This document shows positions 55,432-61,059 of a stretch of 61,059 nucleotides of DNA, piece after piece (position 1 is the stretch's first letter; the number at the start of each line of letters is the position of its first letter). The notes beneath the pieces are model-generated. The model did not search any database. It was not told the DNA's origin and saw only the letters and a program-made list of their open reading frames with translations. A program made the translations under genes and the position numbers. This DNA comes from an uncultured Methanosarcinales archaeon (GTDB lineage: Archaea; Nanobdellota; Nanobdellia; Woesearchaeales; DSVV01): assembly GCA_964385055.1 (NCBI GenBank), contig CAYLMH010000006.1:1-61059 (forward strand). Direction: 5' to 3'.

Positions 55432-56880
55432 TTAAGAAAGAACGATAATAACTCCTGTATTTGCATTCAATTCAACAAAGTCTCCAGTTTTTATAACAAA
55501 AGATGCGCCTTTTGTTCCAACAATACAGGGAATATTAAATTCACGGGAAATAACAGATGCATGAGAACAAATTCCCCCTTCATCTGTAATAATTCCTACT
55601 GCTTTTTCAATAAGAGGAACCATGAGTGGGGACGTCATTGTGGTCACAAGAATTTCTCCATTCTGAAATACTGCACAATCTTGAATAAAAGAGTGAAGAT
55701 CTTTGACATTAATAACTCGTGCTTTAGCCCGCACTAAACCTTTGTTCGCAATAACTCCTTTCAAATTCTGTGCTCTTATTTCTTTCTGCTCTTGAATAAG
55801 TTTCTCTTTGTAAGCAAGAGCTTCCTCCCCTGAGTAACGATAAACCGTTGGAGAAATATAATGCAACACCATGCACTTCCTTCTTTTCTGAATTTCTCCT
55901 AAAGAGAGTCGTTGATTTGTATCTAAAAAAGCCATAATATCTAAAAAGAAGTATGCTACAATAAAGTCATTGAATGGAATATCAATCCTTTTTTGAAGTT
56001 CATATAACAGATTCAGACACAAATATTCTGCACCACTCCAGACATGCTTTAACCGATATCTGTATAAACCACTTTTTTGTAAAATAATGCTATAATCAAT
56101 AAGTGTTTCATTTTGTATTTCAGAATAGATCTGGCTATGTTTCTTCTTTATTTTGTTTAGATGCGTATTGATTCTTTCAAACTCTTCAGAAAAAGGTTTA
56201 TTTTTTTCTTGCTGCAATTTATGGTGAAGAAATTCAGTTACTTCTTTTTTTGAGTATGTATTGAAAAAAAGTGCAGGATATTTCTTTGAATATATTTCTA
56301 ACTCTTTTTCTGAAACCTTTCTTTTCTCTGCGAGTTTAAGAAAATCAAGTCGCTCTTTCATTGTATCATCCATATCTGATGGAGTACTGAGAGAAATGAA
56401 ATAGTCATTGACAATTTCTTCATCATCAACTTTCTCTTTAAGGATTCGCCTTATTTCTTCTTCTATCATAAAAGTTCCTTGTGGGCTTGATGTTCCAAAA
56501 TAGATAAAAGTCCTGTTTAAGAAATCCTGATATTTGAGGAGAAGCTGCTTAAGTTCTGCATTTGATAAGGAGTGCAGATTTTTCTTTTGAAGATCTTCGC
56601 AAAACACAAAAAAATCATCAATGAAATTATCCATCTCTCTAAATAATTGTTGAGAAACATCTTTGTTACAATATCTTTTTCCGCTCTTTCGCCAGTTCTG
56701 AATAGCCGTATCAGGCATATAATTTGCATATGTTCCATCAATAATAATGTTTAAACATTCGTTAATTGTAGAGGAAACAAATTTTCCATCTTGTGTGATG
56801 GAATGCATCATTTCAAAAAGCATTGCCTCAGCAATCATGGCAGATTGTTTCTGCCCCCACATAAAGTTATATTTTGCCAT
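55432..56880 (-). CDS. PEP-utilizing enzyme mobile (His-swivel) domain protein
   Basis: LKGVIANKG...ILVTTMTSP...ITDEGGICSHASVISREFNIPCIVG. Confidence 0.9.
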   Translation of the reverse strand: MAKYNFMWGQKQSAMIAEAMLFEMMHSITQDGKFVSSTINECLNIIIDGTYANYMPDTAIQNWRKSGKRYCNKDVSQQLFREMDNFIDDFFVFCEDLQKKNLHSLSNAELKQLLLKYQDFLNRTFIYFGTSSPQGTFMIEEEIRRILKEKVDDEEIVNDYFISLSTPSDMDDTMKERLDFLKLAEKRKVSEKELEIYSKKYPALFFNTYSKKEVTEFLHHKLQQEKNKPFSEEFERINTHLNKIKKKHSQIYSEIQNETLIDYSIILQKSGLYRYRLKHVWSGAEYLCLNLLYELQKRIDIPFNDFIVAYFFLDIMAFLDTNQRLSLGEIQKRRKCMVLHYISPTVYRYSGEEALAYKEKLIQEQKEIRAQNLKGVIANKGLVRAKARVINVKDLHSFIQDCAVFQNGEILVTTMTSPLMVPLIEKAVGIITDEGGICSHASVISREFNIPCIVGTKGASFVIKTGDFVELNANTGVIIVLS

Positions 56881-56895
56881 TTCATTTATCCATCT

Positions 56896-57516
56896 TTATT
56901 GTAGTAATTTATCAAGAGCTTTTGGAACTTGCTCTACAAGACACTCGAATCCATGAAGATAATCTCTTTTAGTAAGACCAAACGCATTTGGAATCTCTGC
57001 TTCTGGATTTCCTGTTGCATACGCACTCAAAACAGCCATTAAAGGACTATGACTCCTTCTTACATAAATAGCCTGAACTTGTGCATTGTTATACTTTGCC
57101 ATAGAAAAGATTGCAATTCCTTCTGGTTGTACGATTGTTTGCTCTTGTGTTTCTTTTACACCTTTTATTCCAAAATGAAGTAATAGTTCTGTTCTGTATG
57201 TCTGTTCTTCTGCAACAAACCTTTCTTCTGCTTTTCTATAACATAGATTAATCGCAGACAGAGCAGCTTCATCTTTTACTTGAAGCGCTCCATCAATTGC
57301 TTGACGTTCTACAGGACTATAAATATCTCCCCTCTCACAAGCAAGAGTTATGAGTCGCAGTTTAAAATCTGAGGGAATAACTCCTTCTTTTATTGCAGAA
57401 ACTAATGTACCACTTGAAATAGCATCATACTCTCCCAATACTCCGTGACGTCTGAGGTAGTTTCTTGCGATAACCTCTGCAACAGGTGACCTTCCTCGAT
57501 TTCCTGTACAGACCAT
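56896..57516 (-). CDS. Low-molecular-weight PTP / arsenate-reductase-fold protein
   Basis: P-loop CTGNRGRSPVAE; SSGT; IPNAF in place of the usual DP(Y). Confidence 0.85.
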   Translation of the reverse strand: MVCTGNRGRSPVAEVIARNYLRRHGVLGEYDAISSGTLVSAIKEGVIPSDFKLRLITLACERGDIYSPVERQAIDGALQVKDEAALSAINLCYRKAEERFVAEEQTYRTELLLHFGIKGVKETQEQTIVQPEGIAIFSMAKYNNAQVQAIYVRRSHSPLMAVLSAYATGNPEAEIPNAFGLTKRDYLHGFECLVEQVPKALDKLLQ

Positions 57517-57654
57517 TTCAATACGCTTTACTATTTTCTTCAGCCCCCTGACTTACTTAGGAGTGAGTATGTGTCCCCATTATATTAATACTAGTGCCCC
57601 CTTACGGTGGAACTATAAGAAAAGTTTATAAACAATGATTACAGAGCAATACAT

Positions 57655-58398
57655 ATGAACACAAACATTCTTCAGGAAATCGGATTGACAGATTCTGAGA
57701 TTAAAGTCTACTTGGCTTTACTAAAGTTAGGAAGTTCCAAAAAAGGACCTATTGTTAAAAAAGCTGGAATTACTTCTTCAAAAATTTATGAAGTGATAGA
57801 TAAATTAATCGAAAAAGGGCTTGCAAGTTCCGTAATCAAAGATAAGGTAAGATACTTCAATGCAGCTCCTCCTACAACAATCCGATATTATCTTAAAGAA
57901 AAAGAAGAAAAATTGAAAAAACAAGAACAGGAATTCGAGAATATTCTTCCTGCATTACAGTTAAGACAAGAATCGGTCACAAAAAAAACAGATGCAGAGA
58001 TTTATCGTGGATGGAAAGGGATGAATACGGTATACAACAATGTTCTTGAATCGCTCAAGCCAGGTGAAACCTACTACGTTTTTGGGGCAGGCAAGGGAGA
58101 AGATGAAGAAAAAGTTCGCAGTTTTTATACGAGATTTAATGAAAGGGTGCTCCAGAAAAGGATCAAAGTCAATATTATTTTTAATGAAAGTGCCAGGGAA
58201 AATATCCCTAATATTGAGAAGGCTGGAAAAGTAAGATATATTAATCAAACAACTCCTGCCGAGATTTTGATTTATCATACTAATGTTGCAATCGTTTTAC
58301 TAGAAAAAGAGCCGCTTATCACTTTAATTAAAGGAGAAAAGATTGCAGAATCATTCAAACAATATTTCAAGACCATGTGGCTTCTTGCAAAAAAATGA
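57655..58398 (+). CDS. TrmB-family transcriptional regulator
   Basis: LQEIGLTDSEIKVYLALL, SKIYEVIDKLIEKGL, EIYRGWKG. Confidence 0.92.
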   Translation: MNTNILQEIGLTDSEIKVYLALLKLGSSKKGPIVKKAGITSSKIYEVIDKLIEKGLASSVIKDKVRYFNAAPPTTIRYYLKEKEEKLKKQEQEFENILPALQLRQESVTKKTDAEIYRGWKGMNTVYNNVLESLKPGETYYVFGAGKGEDEEKVRSFYTRFNERVLQKRIKVNIIFNESARENIPNIEKAGKVRYINQTTPAEILIYHTNVAIVLLEKEPLITLIKGEKIAESFKQYFKTMWLLAKK

Positions 58399-58445
58399 CT
58401 AGCAGTTGTGCAAAGAATAAGTCCATACTTTGTATACAAAAGAAA

Positions 58446-59063
58446 CTATTTCTCATCATTTGGCGTGTCAAATCCCATTTCAACATTGCCAAACACAAAA
58501 CTGAACTTATTATTTTTTTTGTAGTCGTCAGATTTTGTCGAATAATAATACAACTCTTGTTTAATGTCAAGATCAGAAGTTTCAAAGCCTAACATACTTT
58601 TAAGTTCATACAAAATATTTGCTTCAAACGGTTTATTTTTTTCATGCATAATAATGCTCACATCACTCACATCAGCGTCACGAACGTATACCACGTTTTC
58701 ATACGCGTCATCATTGACTGCAAAGTTCCATTTTTCAACATTGTAATCTTTAAACTGTCGTTTAACCTTGAGAGCAACTTTTTTTGCCTGCACAAGCTTG
58801 AGATCATGCAATTCTATTTTTGACAAAACCTTCTCATTCTGGAGAGAAGCAATTATTTTTTGCGCTTCATCACGGGATGGCGCGCGGTATTCCTGTGTAT
58901 AAGTAAATGAAGCGTCATCATGATATGTTTTGAAAATAGTCCACATATTCTCGTCAGTCTGGCGTGCTTCAATACGAACACGAAGATCCTTTGAAATAAG
59001 TTCGTAAGAAATAAGCTCAGGGTTATCAAGAATAAGTTTCCACGATTTTTTGAAGGTCCACAT
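58446..59063 (-). CDS. Hypothetical protein
   Basis: 205-aa ORF with plausible composition; no motif recognised. Confidence 0.7.
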   Translation of the reverse strand: MWTFKKSWKLILDNPELISYELISKDLRVRIEARQTDENMWTIFKTYHDDASFTYTQEYRAPSRDEAQKIIASLQNEKVLSKIELHDLKLVQAKKVALKVKRQFKDYNVEKWNFAVNDDAYENVVYVRDADVSDVSIIMHEKNKPFEANILYELKSMLGFETSDLDIKQELYYYSTKSDDYKKNNKFSFVFGNVEMGFDTPNDEK

Positions 59064-59148
59064 GGTATGAAGTATGTCATTGAACTATAAATAGTTTTTG
59101 AAATAAAATCAAAATGAAGTAAAAAAGAGAAAGAAAAAAATCAAAACC

Positions 59149-59748
59149 TTATCTGCTGCTATCTGCTTGTCGTTCAAGTTCGTTTTTCTTGGAAACTGCA
59201 AGAGAGTTGCTGCTGCATTGGTATGCTGCAATAAGTTCATCTGCAAGATATTGAACATACGGTTTTTTTGTATTGAACGCTTTTTGATAGCTGCTTTGCG
59301 TAAAGTATCGAAGTGCAATGTCAATGCGTCGCTGTGGAGCGCACTCAACTGCTTTAGGATAACGAGCGCCACCATATTCGATAGTGATAATTTCTTCACG
59401 AGGAGCTGCGTTTTCAATTGCTTTCACAAACACTTCTACTGGATTTTTCTTCAAGCGCTGTTCGATAATGTTGAAACATTCTTCAACAAGTGTGTACGCG
59501 TGAGAAGCTTTTCCTGTAATGTGTCCGCTGGACTTAAAGTGTTTTCGCGCTTTATGACCGGGAATCAAAATCTTGTTAATGAGTCGTTCAACAACGTTAA
59601 TCTTGGATTTGTGAAATTTGTTGCCAGCGTAGCGTGCACCGGTCTTTGGTGCGAAAACTGGACGCAGACTAATGTAAGACTGCAATCCTGGATCCTGTGC
59701 TGTAATTCCTTGAACAGACCATTTGTTAAAAACTTTGATTTCTGCCAT
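59149..59748 (-). CDS. rps7: 30S ribosomal protein S7 (uS7)
   Basis: IKVFNKW, IVERLIN-like VVERLIN, NPVEVFVKAIENAAPREE, KKNELERQADSSR. Confidence 0.98.
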   Translation of the reverse strand: MAEIKVFNKWSVQGITAQDPGLQSYISLRPVFAPKTGARYAGNKFHKSKINVVERLINKILIPGHKARKHFKSSGHITGKASHAYTLVEECFNIIEQRLKKNPVEVFVKAIENAAPREEIITIEYGGARYPKAVECAPQRRIDIALRYFTQSSYQKAFNTKKPYVQYLADELIAAYQCSSNSLAVSKKNELERQADSSR

Positions 59749-59769
59749 TGTCGATACCTTTTTTTACGT

Positions 59770-60189
59770 TTATTTACGAGCTTTCTCAAGCTTACCGCGT
59801 CGTAGTGCGTTAAGAGACTGATCATTGACTTTGATAACCTGCCATCGAACACCGGGAATGTCTCCTTTTGCTCGGCCAGATTTTCCACCAATACATTCAA
59901 TGAGTACTTCATCGTGTTCGTCAACAAGCTTTGTTGCACCGTCTCCTGGAAGGAAAGCAGTAACTTGTTTTCCATTTTTGATGAGCTGAACGCGAGCGCA
60001 CTTTCTCATTGCTGAGTTTGGCTGTTTTGCTTCAAGCTGAAGCTTTTCAAGAACAATTGCCTTTGCTTGATGAGATCCTCCTAAAGGATCAGAGCGAAGT
60101 CGAAGAACTGTTCTACTGATTTTTTTGAATGTGTGTCGTCTTTTTTTCAACTTTTTTCCTGCATTAATTCCGCGTGCTTTTTTTCCCAT
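59770..60189 (-). CDS. rps12: 30S ribosomal protein S12 (uS12)
   Basis: [30 protein letters not shown]. Confidence 0.99.
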   Translation of the reverse strand: MGKKARGINAGKKLKKRRHTFKKISRTVLRLRSDPLGGSHQAKAIVLEKLQLEAKQPNSAMRKCARVQLIKNGKQVTAFLPGDGATKLVDEHDEVLIECIGGKSGRAKGDIPGVRWQVIKVNDQSLNALRRGKLEKARK

Positions 60190-60253
60190 GTTTGTTCACT
60201 TTTATCTTGTTTTTTTATTTATTTTTTATCAGTTTTAACAATTATTATCACAA

Positions 60254-60682
60254 TCAAACAACCTTCACTTCGACGATATTTGGAAAATATCGCTGAATAA
60301 TAGATTCTGTATTGCGTAGGTTCTGGGCGTTTCTGCCTATTAATAAACTTTTTGTTTTTCTGTCCTCATTTTTGAGGATGAGAACAGTGTCTTCCTGCTC
60401 GACAATTGCTTGAAGAGGATGAATAACATATTTCACAAATTCCAAAAGATCTTGATGAAATCCTATAACCCGAATGCGCCGTTTCAGGAGCTGTTCTAAT
60501 CGTCGGACACAAACAGCGCCTTTGCCGATTGCTTTTCCAAGATCCTGCGCATCAACAACAAACGTCAACAAGCCATGCTTGTCTTCAAAACAGTCTTTGA
60601 GCGAGACGTGCGTAATCTTATCAAAAAGAGCCATGGTTCCCATGAGTTCCTGCGTGTAGGTTATTTTTACCATGGCGTTCAC
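60254..60682 (-). CDS. nusA: Archaeal NusA (KH domain)
   Basis: LGKAIGKGA, LLIGRNAQNL; position between L30e and S12. Confidence 0.95.
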   Translation of the reverse strand: MNAMVKITYTQELMGTMALFDKITHVSLKDCFEDKHGLLTFVVDAQDLGKAIGKGAVCVRRLEQLLKRRIRVIGFHQDLLEFVKYVIHPLQAIVEQEDTVLILKNEDRKTKSLLIGRNAQNLRNTESIIQRYFPNIVEVKVV

Positions 60683-60688
60683 AAAAAA

Positions 60689-60970
60689 TTATTGGGTCAC
60701 GCTGAGGACAGAAACCGGATATGGTTTTTTACAAAGAATACCCAACTCATCATTTGGTTGTTTCAGATGGATTAATGGAACATTGGAAAGCTTTGCGTAA
60801 TACTCGATATCCTTTTTGACTTCTTCAGGACAATTGCTGGAGAGAAAAACGCGGTCTGCTGTTCCAAGCTTCAAGAGTTTGAGCGTGCGGTCTGTTCCAA
60901 GAATAATCTTGTCTGTTTTGAGTAGTTTCTTTAATTCACTAATGTTTGCGTCCATTTCTTTTACTGCCAT
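60689..60970 (-). CDS. rpl30e: 50S ribosomal protein L30e
   Basis: IILGTDRTLK, SSNCP, ELGILCKKPY. Confidence 0.96.
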   Translation of the reverse strand: MAVKEMDANISELKKLLKTDKIILGTDRTLKLLKLGTADRVFLSSNCPEEVKKDIEYYAKLSNVPLIHLKQPNDELGILCKKPYPVSVLSVTQ

Positions 60971-60976
60971 ACATAA

Positions 60977-61059
60977 TCAACTCCGTATCGTGATGCTCTT
61001 TTTTTCAGCTTTTGCTACTTTCTTGACTTCTTTGGTCACAAGGCGCAGGAGCCCTGTTC
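60977..61059 (-). CDS. rpoA2: RNA polymerase subunit A'' (3' end, partial)
   Basis: (G)TGLLRLVTKEVKKVAKAEKKSITIRS*; GTG..L C-terminal motif and synteny upstream of L30e. Confidence 0.75.
   Translation of the reverse strand, partial: TGLLRLVTKEVKKVAKAEKKSITIRS

Overview
Archaeal chromosomal window, most likely from a DPANN (Woesearchaeota-like) organism. This is inferred from a fused PriS-PriL primase, archaeal Hef, class I CCA enzyme, NAC, Sec61beta, RNase P RNA and the rpoA''-L30e-nusA-S12-S7 block at the right end. It is mostly housekeeping and small-molecule genes: three NUDIX, two HAD, PPase, a Ca/Na antiporter, ABC, EamA, LemA/HtpX, a pyrCDEF cluster and two PIN-type TA loci. I found no tRNA, rRNA, CRISPR array, integrase or transposase. 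Most interesting: (1) an operon-like array of five 54-60 aa Gly/Ser/Thr/Lys-rich basic peptides at 21378-22326, three of them missed or misframed by the ORF track; (2) two families of dispersed GC-rich structured intergenic elements with conserved junctions and variable stems; (3) an ATP-citrate-lyase-like system split over three genes, preceded by two stand-alone PEP-utilizer His-swivel proteins, with a third paralogue next to an LMW-PTP and a TrmB regulator; (4) a tandem pair of HIT proteins that both lack the nucleophilic His. All calls come from motif recognition by eye; no database searches were run.
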